DNA of 64,000 bases from Marsupella aquatica. Lineage: Eukaryota; Plantae; Marchantiophyta. The stretch spans positions 18,838,357 to 18,902,356 of the forward strand of contig OZ316892.1 in NCBI GenBank assembly GCA_973895155.1. Direction: 5' to 3'. Every line of letters begins with the position of its first letter. The first letter of the stretch is position 1. The position numbers and the translations under genes are program-made. Of this stretch, positions 13,701 to 27,699 are shown piece by piece. A model generated the notes under the pieces. The model had not been told where the DNA came from. It saw only the letters and a program-made list of their open reading frames with translations, and searched no databases.

Positions 13701-14290
13701 ATGAATTAGGGCCATTTCTCCTGCCTGTGAATGATTGCCTCCTATCTGAACGTGGATGGCCTTTGTTGTTTTCGTGATTGTCCCAATCAGAGTCTGCATT
13801 CACCAACAGGCACATGCCACACTCATGGACCGGTTAGATACACTCTTTGCCCTAGACATCAGATAATTCCATATTGAGCTACAATTTCTACTACCATCAC
13901 AAAATCACTAGCACAAAGCACTTACTTGTCCAATCATCCTCGTGATCTTTCCATTGCCCTCTGTACCCATCTCTACCACGCTCTGGGCATTCATATTCAC
14001 CCCATCCATCTTCTGCTCCATCGTAATCATCATCATAATCATCAGGCGTCCCTTGCCAATAACTCTGGCTCCTTCTAGGGTATGGATTACGTGATTTCTC
14101 TCTGGCTGCCCACCTACCTGGCACTTGATCAGGGCCCTGTGCATCCTGCACAGGTGCATTTTTCTGTGAGCCCCCTGCATCTGGATGTCCATCCATATCC
14201 AATCTTTCCTCTTCACCCCACTCTCCAAGCCCCATGTCTGTCTCCATGTCTTCACCCTCTTCCCCCATAGTTTCTGCATAGCATCCACAA
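10797..14290 (-). pseudogene. CACTA TnpA-like accessory gene (Ptta/En/Spm transposase-family region plus C-terminal Tnp1/DUF8039-like domain), multi-exon, disrupted by MITE
   Basis: WTRLIKGFMSEAGQSKSELMSNARGKVK (12642-13373); C-terminal HAKFHGKVVPDDHVVVLL...GSLVLWP segment shared with 53804-54200; coiled-coil exon 11973-12254; boundaries approximate. Confidence 0.7.
13354..13681 (+). mobile_element. MITE copy 2 (328 bp), 8-bp TSD GTCCAATT
   Basis: Same TIRs; GTCCAATT at 13346-13353 and 13682-13689. Confidence 0.97.
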
Positions 14291-15809
14291 CCAAACCCAG
14301 GCTAAATGAGCACACTAAATTCAAAGTATCAATCAATTTCATGCATATGGACATGACCAAAACATCATTTCGGGAAGCAATTCCCGTTCTGTGACTATGT
14401 GCATGTAGTCATCCTCAACCTCATCAAAGTGAATCTTCAGCCGCTGCCTATTGCACATCATCAACCTCATCATATTGCATCTCCCCAGGTTCATATGTCT
14501 CTCTCAATGTTAAAGGGATGTAGTCAGTCCCTGCCCGAGTAACAACATTGGAATTAAGGGCTCAGAGAATTAAAATTGCATCTTAAAGGTACTAGACAGA
14601 CAGTAACAGTGAGGAAGGAAGCTGAGGTTTCGCAGGCATTCACTATCTATTACATGAAGCGGGCCAAGGACATTGTCTACAGGTTTAGCGCATGCAATAG
14701 GGGTTTTAAGAGCTAAGGAGGCAATGGAGTTCAAGAGCAACATTGTGGGTGCATTGGAGGCCGTGAGGGGAATGAAAGAATGTTGATGAGTTACAAGATC
14801 AATGGAGCTTATAGATAGCTAAATAATCACCACCAGGAGGCCACATAACCTTATAACCACATGCAAGTGACAATATAGCAAGGCAGGGAAGAACAGGCAA
14901 AAACATGACAGAAAAAACAATTCAGCATGCAATTGAAAATGCAAGCACGTAGGACATTCATAAGAGAATTTCAAGTGCAATTCCGGATTGCCGAGCTGCA
15001 AGCTCCAAAATACCTACAAGATTGCAGGCGTCAGGTTTTCCACTCCTGCTCTTCCACGACCAGCTTCCAATTGCTCAAGTGCTGTCCAATCGCAATCTAG
15101 AGGAATACCTTTGGCAGGCCTTTCGAGAGACTTCACACTTCAAGCCTTTCGAGTATTTACAACGCACCATGGCAACCAGATTGACAACACATGAAAAACA
15201 GCCAAGACAAGGAGAGAAGTACTTGCAAGATATCACAACTACCAATAGAGCGTAGTGACAGGCAGACAACAACTTTGAATACTGGCATTTATTTTTAATG
15301 GGACCTGTTGGCAACTCATGTTCATACGATAATTTTGGGACAACTTCACTCGGATCCCTATCGTACTGCATACCTTAGAGGTCTACAACAATCAAAGTTG
15401 TGATCTTTTTTTTAAATTTTTTTTTAAATTTTTATGTTGGGAAGATCATCATGAGTATAAGAATTGAACAGCCATCTTGTCTGTGAGCCCGAAAAACCTC
15501 GGAAAGAACAAGCTCTTACTCCTGGTTGTCAACTTTTCGCAAAAAGACATGAACAGCTTCCAGAATTGGCATCCTAACCCTACAAAACTTGCTGGAAGGG
15601 GGCCTTCCGATAGGTTGTATATTATCCAACAGCCAGAACAACTCAGACACTATCAGGTTCTAGTGATTACTACTGCTCCCACCCCAATAGACATTAGTCC
15701 CTGTGACCGCTATGAGAAATCTCAAGAGGTGGCAGGTGAACCATTGCAAGTGGTGGACTAAGGACAAGGAAACTATTGACAGTAAATATCCTAAGGAAAG
15801 AAACGGTGG

Positions 15810-16050
15810 TCACTTGCCCGTGTTCATCATCAGTGTGATATTATCACCTTTGAGGAGAATTCGACCAAGAGGTTTCTGCGTCTTCTTCTTTAATGAGATT
15901 TCCTCGGCATCCTCGAGGACCAAATTCATGTATTCATCAAAACCGATGATGCCTCCCTCTATTCTGAGGTCCTTCTGCTCGAACAACCAAATCTGAATCC
16001 TTGATTTACTTTGCAGAAACCAAAAAATAATAAACTTTGGTGGTCGCCAT
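15810..16050 (-). pseudogene. SmE: Processed pseudogene of small nuclear ribonucleoprotein E (SmE) inside CACTA element A
   Basis: ATG GCG ACC ACC AAA GTT (MATTKV) at 16050, internal frameshifting deletion, then [43 protein letters not shown]...[18 protein letters not shown] with no introns; A-rich tract on the minus strand at ~15406-15433. Confidence 0.92.
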
Positions 16051-19000
16051 GATTGCCGAGTGAAGTGAGGCCCCTCTTTAACAAATTGCTGTCCGCCCGT
16101 CCGCAAGGCCCTTGTCCGTAGCAAGAAATCGCACGGAACAGGGTGATAACAAAACCGGAGAGGTTCTTAATTATTTTCAGCTGCTTGTTCGACACTAATA
16201 AGCGGGAGTCACGATCGGCACAGACAAGTTCAACTGACCTGTAGAAGCAATCATTTCAGAAATTTCAGTAAGTCAAATTTGAAGATCATTGAATGCTGGA
16301 AAAACCCGTGCACAGACAGAGTGTTTAGAAAGCTAAGATTTCTGTGCTGGGCATTGACAAATGCTTATCCCAACCGTAGTAGCGAACGAAAATGAGACAC
16401 AGTTTTAGTAGACCTAAGAGTTATACGCGGGAGCTTGAAAACATGCTGCGACCTAGTTGCAAACCACCTGAACGAGACAGTGTTAATTAATAAATACAGC
16501 TAAGAAGGTTGCTCTTCGGAGCTGTAACAAAACGCTTCAACCTGCTGTAGTTGCCGAACGAATTGACGACTCAAACGAGCGCTCCCAGACACCGAGTAAG
16601 AGAAGGAAAAGGGCAACAAGAGGCAACCTATCAAAGTTGTGATCTATGTTAGAGAAACTCACCAATGACTTGGATGCGCTGCAACGCCTTTGTAGTCGAT
16701 TGATTGATGTTTGCAACTCCGGCAAAGTCTAGTTTTTTGGAAGAAAAGTAGACGGGCTCAGTTGCAGAGTCCGTCCATCTCTCTGAAGTGACTCCCCCCT
16801 CCTTGGCGCAAGGTCCCCTGTTCAGCCAAAGAGATCCGCTTCAATCAGCAGCTTCACTGTCCGCAGAAAGGGGGCTCAGGTGGCTTGCTTAACTTAAACA
16901 TCCTAAATCACCAGCTTTGGAAAGAATTGGCTTTTGGAATTTGTTATTCCAGCCACTATAGATTACATATACAAATTCGCACTCTAGAATTGAAATGTGT
17001 GGAAGTGTAAGACTCTCACCTTAGAATAGCCTCACACAAAAGTTGTTGAGCATGTTGGGGCTCAAAGATGGAACAATGGCTACCGCCCGTTGACGGTGAA
17101 GGGCATTCTCGGTTTGGACCTCCTCTCTCCAACCCCTTCTAACCCGCACCTCCAAAGTTGATTCGGGAGTTGATTAGCAATAACGTCGCTCCTATGCCAA
17201 AGGCACCAAGAACCAAGCCAAAAGAAAGGGTTTAGCAAAGGGAGAGCGATGTAGTGTGCACTGATCAATGACTCAAAGTTGATGTCGAACCCTCCATTGC
17301 GCTAGCTATTGGCGATTGCCACACAGAGAGCAGCTGTATGTAGCAAACTGTAATGCAGATACTCCCGTCAAAGGTCGATGCGTCACACTCAGCTTTAGAG
17401 GAAGGATAAACAATTGAGCAGCATTGCATTGTGCAAAAACGTTGGAGAAGCACATTGCTTCCAGGCCCGAGCTCACCTCCTTCCCCTTTCACCACTTCGC
17501 AGCTCCTCCAAGAGACATTCACTCAAGGGCACATCACGCAGTTGCTTGCCCTCCTCAGAAGCTCAACACCACAGCCACCAAAGTTGTCAGCTCCCACTGC
17601 AACTGAACAGGTCACTAACAAAAGCCCGCTCCCACCGCAGTTGAACAAGTGAGCGACACAAGAGTGTAGGACCTCTGCCAAGCCCAGGGCAGCAGCTCAA
17701 TGAAACTCAATTTGCAACTCGTCTCACTCTCGCTCTTGCTGCAAAGAAAAAAAAGCGCAGGTCAAACTCCTTTGTGGCCTCAGTCCCCACCGCTTTCCCC
17801 AAGCTATGGACAACTACTAGTAGCTTGCTCTCACAGCATGACATCCAGGTCTTTAGCCAACTGCACACTGGAAACCGAGAGAAGTGAGCGCAGTCGCGCA
17901 AGGCCAAAAAAGACCAAAGTTGAGCCAAAGCAAAACTTTACTAATGTATTTACAGTCAAGCATGAGGGCAATCAGGTAAGCAGAAGACCACGCATTCCCG
18001 CAAAGAGTTGTAGGTTCTCGTCACTTCCTCGCCTCTGTATAGAAGGTTGACCGTTGTATCTCGGGTACCCAATGATAGTGGAGATGAATGCAAATAGGCC
18101 TCACCAATCGCCAGTCATCCGCGATAAACCTCCCGACAACCTTGCTCCTATACACCTTAGCACCCGCGTTGTCACCATAGGAAAGACGAATGTAAGATTT
18201 AGGGCCCACCTAAACCCTATAGTGAGATTGCAGTCGACAATGGGTCATATAGCAAAGGTCGAAGCTCCAAGCCCTACGCAATGACATGAAATCCCACCTC
18301 CAAAAGTGCTAAATGTATTGACTGAGTGCGATCAGGTGCAAGAGTCGAGAGCAACTGAGGAAAAGTGCATTATCGGGCGCAAAGTGTTTGGCCTTGGATT
18401 CCCTTGCAGAAACGTGAAGGAAAACCCTGGTGGTAGCCGTCGACACTTTGTGCAATTTTCCTTTACAAAATCCGTTTACCCTAAACATTGAGTCGACTGG
18501 AAGGACTCGTTCATAGGCATTCTGCAAGCACCTAACACATTTAGACGTAAGTTCACAGTTAGGCCCCGCAGGGACGAAACCCAACGTGAGAGGATGGGGA
18601 TGGAAACCCTGGGGAGGCGGCTTGTAGATTGAAAGGTCTCCGCACGCACTACGTGCCTCTTCCTAAGGTCCTGTCAGATAGTCCCGCCGGGCTCGGATAA
18701 AAACTTTTGACCTCGTTCTCCATCTTCAGTTTCAACGATTATATCCCAGCACATGCTTGCTGGCGCCCCCCCCAGGATTAAACGGTAGCTAAGACCAAGG
18801 GTGCATGCATTTTTTTTGGGGGGGGGCTTTTAGTTGGGTATTTTGGGTATAGTCATTGGGTTAGATAAATATCCTAAGTCACCCAGATGGCAAAAAACAA
18901 CACCTACCCTTAAACTCACCCTCCTCAAGCATAAACCCTCTGAAAACCCATTGGACATTTGGAGTCATTGGCAAAAGAGGGTTAAATGGATGAAGAATGG

Positions 19001-19534
19001 ACCGGGGGGGATGGATGCCGACGATCCAATGGTCCCTAAACCCCCATCCCCTTAACATGCAACCCCCGACCCTTGACATCAAACCGAGTGTTCTTCGGCT
19101 GGACAACCCCCTAACCCTAAATCCACACCCCCTTGAGACCGGTACAAATCTACCTTTGTGCATCTCGGCCTTTTATAGATGGAGTTAGTAATCGATCCCT
19201 CCGTAGTCCACCCTCCATGAACCTCACTCCAAAACCTTTTTGGTCACAAATAAGGCCATTTATTGAGTTATGCCCCTTGCTATCACCCTCTTTATAGAAT
19301 TACCCCTCCTCAACATAAGTGAACATTACCCATGATGTGCTAGACTATTCACCGTTCACAAAGTAGCAAGGTTACTTCTCATAGTCTTTTAGTGAACTAT
19401 AAAACACTAAATAGTCTTTTGTAGTCTTCAACAAAACCGGTGCAATGGGTGCGAGTCGTTTCAAGTATGGAAAAAGGACTTAGTGGGCTTAGTCCTATAA
19501 GGTATGGTCTAAATTGCCCCGGTTTCTACTAGTG

Positions 19535-20092
19535 TACAGACCTACCAGAGATATATACGTGGGTCCTTATCGGAATCAAGGAAAGATAGATGCAGAGAAG
19601 GAGAATATGGAAGGAGACTTTTTGGATCTTGAAGTCAACACTTATATTTCTGTTGCTGGAGAAGAATAGAAAAAATTTTGGGTGGCCAAGGTGGAAAGAA
19701 TTGACCAGCGCGACGAGTTCAACATTCCAAAAATGATTTATGTTTTATGGCATGCTGCAAAAACCGGGTCAGATCCTTGGAAAGCCAAGTACTTACCAGA
19801 AGTCTTAAACTACGAAAAGAAGAAAAGTGGTCGTGGGAAAGGAACTTTGAAACCAATATGGTTTCACCAAGAGCTTGATTTATCTTCAATGACTGTTTTT
19901 GCTTACAACTTCATGTTGACAAAATCTGATACATTGTACAAAAAGACAGTAGATCAAATCAAAATCCGATTGACTGAATTTTTGGCAGAAGAGAAAGAGC
20001 AAGAACAAGAGAATGGATCAGCTAGAACCCCACTAGGAGATAAATCTAGAGATATTTCGTTTCAAGAATTGAGGACTTCTGGATCTGAGTAA
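19535..20092 (+). pseudogene. 3' part of the Sola-like/DUF7869 transposase gene begun at 5342
   Basis: Frame continues across the CACTA TSD; FWVAKVE..VLWH motif parallels FWLVRAL..VQWW in the C-terminus of the 36240-37514 transposase. Confidence 0.8.
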
Positions 20093-20759
20093 TGAAAAGT
20101 AGTTATTGTTTGTGACATTACCATTGAAAAACATGGATAAGTTGCCTTTACCACTTATTCATGAATTCATGGTTAAAGTTTCTTGAGAAATTTTTAGTTT
20201 AATAGTTTCTTAGTGGGTTGTGTTTCAATTCAATTAGATGGTGTCATTTCTATCCTCCTTGTCTTCTTTTCACAATAATGTGTATCAGGCTAAGTTGTAG
20301 TAGTTTATTTTCTGGTTTTTAAATGACAATGGCTTTTGGAGGTGATTTAGTTATCGGTTCAAGAGACAGCTCGTGTAATTGTGAGACCATTGTAGATAAT
20401 AGTGTTGTATTTGAGGTCATTTATTGGTGGAATGTATTTTCAGATGAATTTGGTCATTTTTAGGCTGTCAAAACATAGCTAGTTTATGTCATATTTTGTT
20501 CGCTCCATATTTTTGTTCTAAAATAGGTGCTAATTTTGGCACTTTTCTGACTTTTTCGTTGTTTTTCTGATTTTTTGGCTAGAGTTCCTAAAGTATGGGC
20601 TTGTTACTCATCATTTAAGGCTTCTTGTTCACATTGTGTGTACTCTCTTTAAAAACTAATCTTGACATTTTTTCAGTTTTCTCTAAATATTGTATCTTCA
20701 TATATTGTCATATTGTGTTGGCAACATGTTTACGCAACAACACTGCTATTTACAACACA

Positions 20760-20900
20760 AGGAGGGCCATACATTGTGTGCGACGTTTTACAGTTTGACC
20801 CCCCTTCCACAAAAATTTGGAAATCTTCCACCATACCCATTTAAATGGGCCTATATTTTGTCGCATGTGATGTGTCACTTCCATCGAAGTGACCCCCTCC
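20760..20900 (-). mobile_element. Old, internally deleted relative of the 328-bp MITE family
   Basis: GGAGGGCCATACATTGTGTGCGACGTTTTA... and CCCATTTAAATGGGCCTAT...TGTGTCACTTCCATCGAAGTGACCCCC match both MITE arms with many substitutions; no TSD. Confidence 0.8.
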
Positions 20901-22249
20901 CCCCCAACGTACATTATTTACTTAAAATGACTTCTTTACTTAACCTAACAATGTTTACTAACAACATCTTTTTACTTAGGAACATCTTTCACATAATGAC
21001 ATTTTTGGCCACACTACTTCTTTTTTAGTAATGACATCTTTAATTTGTGCAAGGTCTGGGTATTGAGCTACAGTAGTAATATAGAAAGTAAAGTTATGGG
21101 TATTGAGCTACTAATATACAAAGCAAAGCGTCTACTACCGCCAATTGAGTGTTGCCCTAGATGTTGTTAAAGAGCCAAACCTACAAAGTAATTGGGGGCG
21201 TCTCATACACTAGTAACTTTACTTGTTTACTAAGAACGGACCCTCCGGTTCAAATAGTGGAGGGTGGAGGAGTTCTGCCAAGCTACTATTCGCTTCACAA
21301 CATACTCTCTTATAGCTCAGAATCCGTGCCTAAGTCCGTTACAGCAGGTATGGGTATGACTGTGAAGGAGTTCTAGAAGCTAGGTAACTAATAATAGATG
21401 ATGGTAACTAACAATAGATCGAGCAGTGTCGTTAATTAATTAAGGCTTATCAACCACGCTGTAATTAACTGCTGCCTACCTTGCAGCCAAGGCTCCGCTG
21501 CCAAGTGATCGACTTGGACATGGTGGAAAGATTTGGAGTAGCTGGTCTGTTAATTGGTACAAAGATTTATTCACCATGCACAGGTTGTCTACATGTAAGG
21601 CATAATCTTGAGGTTCATTGTGCTACCAGGCCAAGGTACTTACAAAGACTCCATAGGGCTCCACTGATCAACTAATACTCACCGACGAGAAACTCTAACT
21701 GCGTTCTAGTTCATTTCTAAGAATTATAACAAACTGACCAACGACTCCAAAAGCTATTGAGACTATATTTTAGGTTGGACAAATGCATGCTTGCTCAGGT
21801 TTTTGTGAGGGCAGGAGCTTGCGCCTAACGTAGATTCGAGCCAAGGCCCTCATTTTTGAGCTCTATCTTCAGGTGTTCCCTCTTCTGCCCTTGTTGCATT
21901 CAATATGTAAACTTTCTTATAATCTATTGTGTTTATTAGTTTACTTTCTCAGCTTTTGGAAGTTGGGAGATTTGCTATGATTACAGATGTTGCCCTGCAT
22001 ATAGAACGTGGAGCTACGAAAATGCTTATCCTAAACTATCAAGGGGTATAAATACACGAGAGGTGCTTCCAGCTTAGTTCCAAACATTGAATTGTAATGC
22101 TCTCAGGAAATCTTTCAAGAGCGGGAATTCGTTGGCAGTCCTTCTGAACTAGGTTCAACCAGGGTCTGGCAAATTAAATTTGTAGCTACAAAAACGACAA
22201 TCTGACGTACGTACAGGCAGATACACAGACAACCGCCAGACAAACCAAT

Positions 22250-23010
22250 ATGGCCATGGAGAGAAAGGTGGAGCTTCGGTCATCTGACAACGTTAGCTTT
22301 GAGGTTGACCTGGAGGTGGTGAAAGAATCACAAACGATAATGGACGTAATCGAGGCCACCGGAGATGACACCATTTTCTTGTCATTCGTTCCCAGCAAGA
22401 TCCTAATCAAGGTGATCGAATACTGCAATTACCATACACAATCTAAGCAGAGTACTGATGAGAATCCAGCCCCTACCGAGGAGGAAATCAAGCAGTGGAA
22501 TGCTGATTTCGTCCAGGTTGATCATCCCACCCTTTGGGTCTCATCAATGTAAGTTTCACACTCTGCCGCTAGCTCATTTGCTCACAAATTCAGGCATTCT
22601 CGTCTAATATATTACAAGTAGGTTGGAGTCTCTACATGACTTGATCCCCGGAATTTGCATTTGCATGTATTTGGCTTTGGTTGTGACCTCCACGTCCGTC
22701 CGTCGTGCCTAGCTAGGTTATTTGTAACCTGAAGAGCTCCAGAATTCTCCTATCTGGAAAATTTGTCTATCGTGTCTCTGTGTTAAAGTCGTTGTAAAGA
22801 CATGATTTATTCCGACATTATTAAATTTCTCCTTGCTCCTTGCAGGCAGCAAATTACATGAATATGATGGCTCTGCTTGAATTGATGTGTAAAAGAGTCG
22901 GCGACCTAATCACAGGCAAGCGTGCTGAAGTTATCAAGAAGAATTTTGGAATAGTGAACAACTTCACCCAACCGAGAGAAGGAGGATTCAAATTCAAGCG
23001 GCCTGAGTGA
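22250..23010 (+). pseudogene. SKP1: SKP1/ASK-like gene, probably pseudogene (2 exons)
   Basis: KVELRSSDNVSFEVD..SQTI..SKILIKVIEYCNYH..IKQWNADFV exon 1; intron 22549-22845 (GTAAGT..TGCAG); exon 2 AANYMNMMALLELMCKRVGDLITGK; splice phase is out of frame by 1 nt and the C-terminus is degenerate. Confidence 0.88.
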
Positions 23011-26000
23011 GCTTACAACAAGCTTTGGACTGGAAGGGAGGATTACGATTGGCGCGCTGCAATCTGATTCGCTGGTTGAATTGGAACTTAAATTATCCTT
23101 CCCTAAGGCTAGCTTGTTTCAATGTCTGGGTTGAGGGGAGACAGTTCGTAAACAGACACAAAGAACGTTTCACACATGTATAGGCCAGGGTTGTTCAAGT
23201 GCTTTGTTGGCAGTATTGATGTTAAGTTCATTATAATCGATCAGACACATTCATTAACACATATCTACTAGGAATTGATCTGATTAGAGATGTGTGATCA
23301 ATTAGTATATCTCGGGAAGAGGATTCAATTCTTTTCTGACATGCAGCCTCCTGTATCTTTGGCGGTAGTTATCATGATCTCTTCATAACAATAGAAACAT
23401 TTCGGTTGATCTGGATGTGCATTTAAATTACTGTACCAATTAAATCATCAACACTACCATGGAAGTCACGAAGAAAAGGCTATGTTTTTCACCTCAAAAT
23501 ATGAGTTGCATGCTTGTTGAGACGCTGAAGCCTCCGTGACCTACATATACTGTTCAAAGTAAGAAGTAAACGATGTTGGGGGGTCTGTACTATTATATGT
23601 CGACAAGCATTACCGCATAGCCAAAACTGATATGATGAATAATTAGGATATATAATAAGTTAGATCATTTAGGCGCTATATAAGCTCCGATTCTTTTGAT
23701 ACCGGTTGACCTGATGGCAAGCTAGATCCAGATTGGCAAGGGCCGTCATGTTCCCGTCTCGGTATGCGCTAGAACACGTAGGCATACGCGCATACCAAAG
23801 TTCCAGAGAAGCTGCCATGTCCTTCCACGGTGGAACTTGGTCGGAAGAAAATACACGTAGCACTCATTATAATCTTTGGGGAATCTTGCATCTCTAATAT
23901 AGGAATAGATCATTGTCCGGGCCCTTGTAGCGTTACAGAAAGAAAAACTCCCGATATAACAATCGTTCCTCCAGAGTCTGGACATTTCACAGGAATTGCA
24001 AACTTCCTATCCCGCCACCTATTGTAGCTAGATCTGGAAAAGCGGGGGTCTCTATTCGAGTTGGATAAATAGTAGATCAAGCTTAATTAGAAAGCCGTCA
24101 TAGCTTGCATCACCAGTTGATCGATCTAATCTAGCTCGTCAATTGAAAAATGTAGAAATTGATTAGAGCTGAAGTTTGCAAGTCCGTTACATTTTTAGCA
24201 TACTGACGCGCTTGTAGCCTCCAATCACCTTCTCGATCTATGATCAGTATGTAGATGCTCGATGTTTTGAGGAGATGAAGTTTATAACTCTTGTCGCTCA
24301 AGTCCCAGGGAAGGACCCAGTTATTGGGCTGCCTTTGCAGTAGGGCCGTGTAAGGTTTGAGCAACCCAACTGCAAAGGCAACCCAATAATTGGGTACTGA
24401 TTATTGTCCTAACTTTCTTCAAATTAACAACTACTTAATTCCAATTCCGTGTGAGGTTGATGATGTTAGATTGTGCCCAAGATTGATGTTACAAGATTTT
24501 TCTCTGCATCCCTTGTATGCGTTAATCGCTACTTGCACTCACTAATTGAGCCAGAAAACACCTTACGTCAGTAGATCACTTCAATTCAATGTGTGCATCC
24601 GGCCTCAAGCCGTGGGCGGCCAAAGTATTTTTCTGTCCCGATTCAATTGTCACTTCTCCCGAATTAGCTAGTGCATCCTCAAGGCGTGGGCGGCCAAAGT
24701 CCTTTCTGTTAATTACGATTCAATGAGTGACAATTGTCTTAAAAAACCTTGTCCAGCTAAATGTAATTACGCCCATTAGTTTGAACAACGTTTCAACAAT
24801 ACTTTACCATGTGTTTAGGTACTCTAACATGCACTCTATCTGAAGACGTAAAGGAACTGGAACGTCTTCGCGCGGAGCCACATACTTCGTCATCATGAAC
24901 ATAGAGAGAGATATGCTTAGTGTACTTCGAAACCATGCTTTTTCTCTTGATAGTACCAAACACGAGATATACTTTACATAGTGGCACTTCCAAACCAAAA
25001 CCAGGTTTAGAACAGGCTTTTTTTTTTACTCATCAAACAATATACTTAGTGTACTTCCAAACCAGGTTTTTTCTCTTGATATATTGGCCAATTAAACTAT
25101 AGATAGACTCATTTAGTGGACTTCCAAATCAAGCTTTTTATCTTGGTCGACCAAACAATAGATTTTTGTCTCCCATAGGACGCCCCGTCATTGTACTTTG
25201 TACATCTTGTAGGGTAGCCATCGCAGAAACACAAGCCTCACACAAGCATGAACAGCAGCAAAACAGGCAGCACAAGAAAATGTTGGCAAATTAAATGATC
25301 CAAACTAAATGCAATAAAAACAAAAAAGTTCCCAATAGATTTCATCCTTGGCCCAGGGTACTCACTTCTTTTCTTCTAACATCATCCGACATGAAGAAGT
25401 TTAGGGTATGGAGTGAGGGCCCTGAGATCCCTGGGCCCTAGCTCCAAGTAAACTAAATGAACCCATGGCGATTGGGTATTCCAACAGTAATTAAATTGAG
25501 ACTGAAAATGCTCAAATTACACAGATCCAATATGGAAATTCTGCAAAACTCCTGCACTCATCCAAGCAAAATATGGCTCCTCAAATGACCATCATATGAC
25601 GGCAGTATGGACACTTCGGCGTGCTACTCTCTCGAGCTCAAAACTTGAAATACTCATATATCGAGCTCAAAACTTGAAATACTCATATATCGAGTGATAT
25701 AGCTATATAATTAATTAAGTTGTGCAATCATTACACAATGTTGGAGTCAGGTCGCGGAGTTGTTTCCAATGAACATGCATCTTAAACTCCCATGCATTTT
25801 GAGTTGATTTGGACAAAAACTCCCTCCGTAGGGTTGGATGGATCCTGTTTTGAGAGGCTCTTGGTTCCCGCCATCTCCTGATACTCGGTATATATAGAAC
25901 GACCCTGTAGTTCTCTTCTTGCGGCTTCTCCAGACCTTTTCCGTTCATTAATGTGTTAGATGTTTCCGTTCATTAATATGCAAGATGTCACAAATATCCA

Positions 26001-26090
26001 GGAACTTTACATCCCTGGCGCGCGCGCTTGGAAGCCTTTTTAAAAGTCTAGCTATATCAATCATGCACTAATCAGAAATGTGCTAATCAG

Positions 26091-27398
26091 AAAGAAGTTG
26101 GAATCGGGGTTGGAATGTTTCAGAACGGAGAACAAACGAGAATAGTCAGGTCGCCGAGTCAGGTCGCCGAGTCATACCTAATGCTCAATTTGACTCATCA
26201 ATGGCATAACTACTCCGGTGACGGCGATTTTGATGGCAAGAGATGGTCTTCTGTATTTGTCTCTATGTGCAAAGGAAGTACTGTACGTGCTCAAGCTCAA
26301 ACTGTACTTAGAAAAATTGGGACGGCTGCCAAAACTTCTATGCTCAGGGACGGACTCGACCCATACACGAGATAAGTCACTGCATGCCGGCGCGCCCTGA
26401 CTACGGGTGGACTGGCAAGGAGAAATTAATTAAGTGAGGGAAGAGCGATAGAGGCCAGGCTAGCTAGGTTCTTTATTTCATTCTAAACTCCAGCAAAGCG
26501 ATGAACTTACAGGAAAACTGACAAATGACTGATCGAACAAGCAGTGCACTTTCTATCTGGAGCGAGCTAGTACGTCAATAGGCTGCTGCAACTAATTGAA
26601 ACAAATACTAACCAATGAAGGAAAGTCCACGGTGGCTGCTGAATAAGGTGCTGCAACTAAGTAGTTGAAACAATGACTGACAGATAACAGGAAGCCATAT
26701 TGTGACACGTAGAGCGACATCTTGTGTTTGTTTCATTTTCTGAGTATTCATGGAATGACTGACAGATAACAGGAAGCCATATTGTGACAGTAGAGCAACA
26801 TCTTGTGCTTGTTTCATTTGTTGAGTATTCATGGATGCTTGGAGAGCCTTCAAGCTGGTTCCTTGTGCTCATTAGCAAGCTAGCTGCCTCTATATCAGCT
26901 GTGGAAATTGACTACTCGAGCAAATGCTGCCCTCATGACGGGGGCACCGTACGTTGCTCGTCAATTTCCTTCCTGTCAATGGTTAGTCTTTGCTTTAACT
27001 ACCTGATCTAGGGAATTGAAGGACATATATTAGAACATGCACCTATTCTTTAGGTCATTGATCAGTTCTGATCAGTTCCCCTCTGGATCCGCCCTCAATC
27101 ACATTATAAACAGGGTCTCAGGGCCTTCTTTGTCATTCTCTCTCTCTCCCAATTCTCGATCTCTCTTGGGACTGCCACCCACCCAGTGCACAGGCAAGGT
27201 TAGAGAATAGCGCAGAGTACAGATTTGGAGGACCAGCACCAATTGTTTATGTGCCTCCAAACTCTCGCTCTTCAACTCAGGTGCAGTCTCTAAGTATGTA
27301 TGGTGATGCATATCTGCAAGTCTCGTCCATGACCAGTTGCCAACTATTCTCGTTTGTTCTCCGTTGTGAAACATTCCAACCCCGATTCCAACTTCTTT
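26091..27398. repeat. Inverted duplication of ~56 bp (26091-26146 / 27343-27398) flanking an 82-bp direct duplication (26672-26835)
   Basis: AAAGAAGTTGGAATCGGGGTTGGAATGTTTCA..AACAAACGAGAATAGT and its reverse complement; AATGACTGACAGATAACAGGAAGCCATATTGTGACA... x2. Confidence 0.85.
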
Positions 27399-27699
27399 CA
27401 TTTGTTTATAATTAGGACGCCAGCAACCCCGTTAATTTATTATTCACTGATCTTTCATTCTGGCCAATTGAAGCTAGGACAATTTAGATACCGACGCTCA
27501 GAGTTTTGTTGTTGTTATTGCTGCAGCCTTGCACTTGTTGCTTCCAGTATCTACGTGTATAATTTGTTTACTCTAATTAACAAATTAAGAAGCTCTGTAA
27601 TTCTCCATGTCCTTGTAGTTTGGCATGGCAGCAAAGAGTGCACAGACATCCAAGGACCAGAACGGGAAGGCACGCGTTGCATGATTAATTGTCATTTCC

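Larger units (their letters stand above)
8195..19534. mobile_element. Non-autonomous CACTA (En/Spm) element A, 11.3 kb, TSD TAC
   Basis: CACTAGTAGAAACCGGGG...CCCCGGTTTCTACTAGTG TIRs; TAC at 8192-8194 and 19535-19537; GACT/AGTC-rich subterminal repeats; the flanking transposase frame (EERVY|RPTRDIY) rejoins after removal. Confidence 0.96.

Noticed and set aside
8195-19534. Autonomous CACTA element
   Set aside because: No Tnp2/TnpD catalytic transposase sequence found in A, B or the visible part of C
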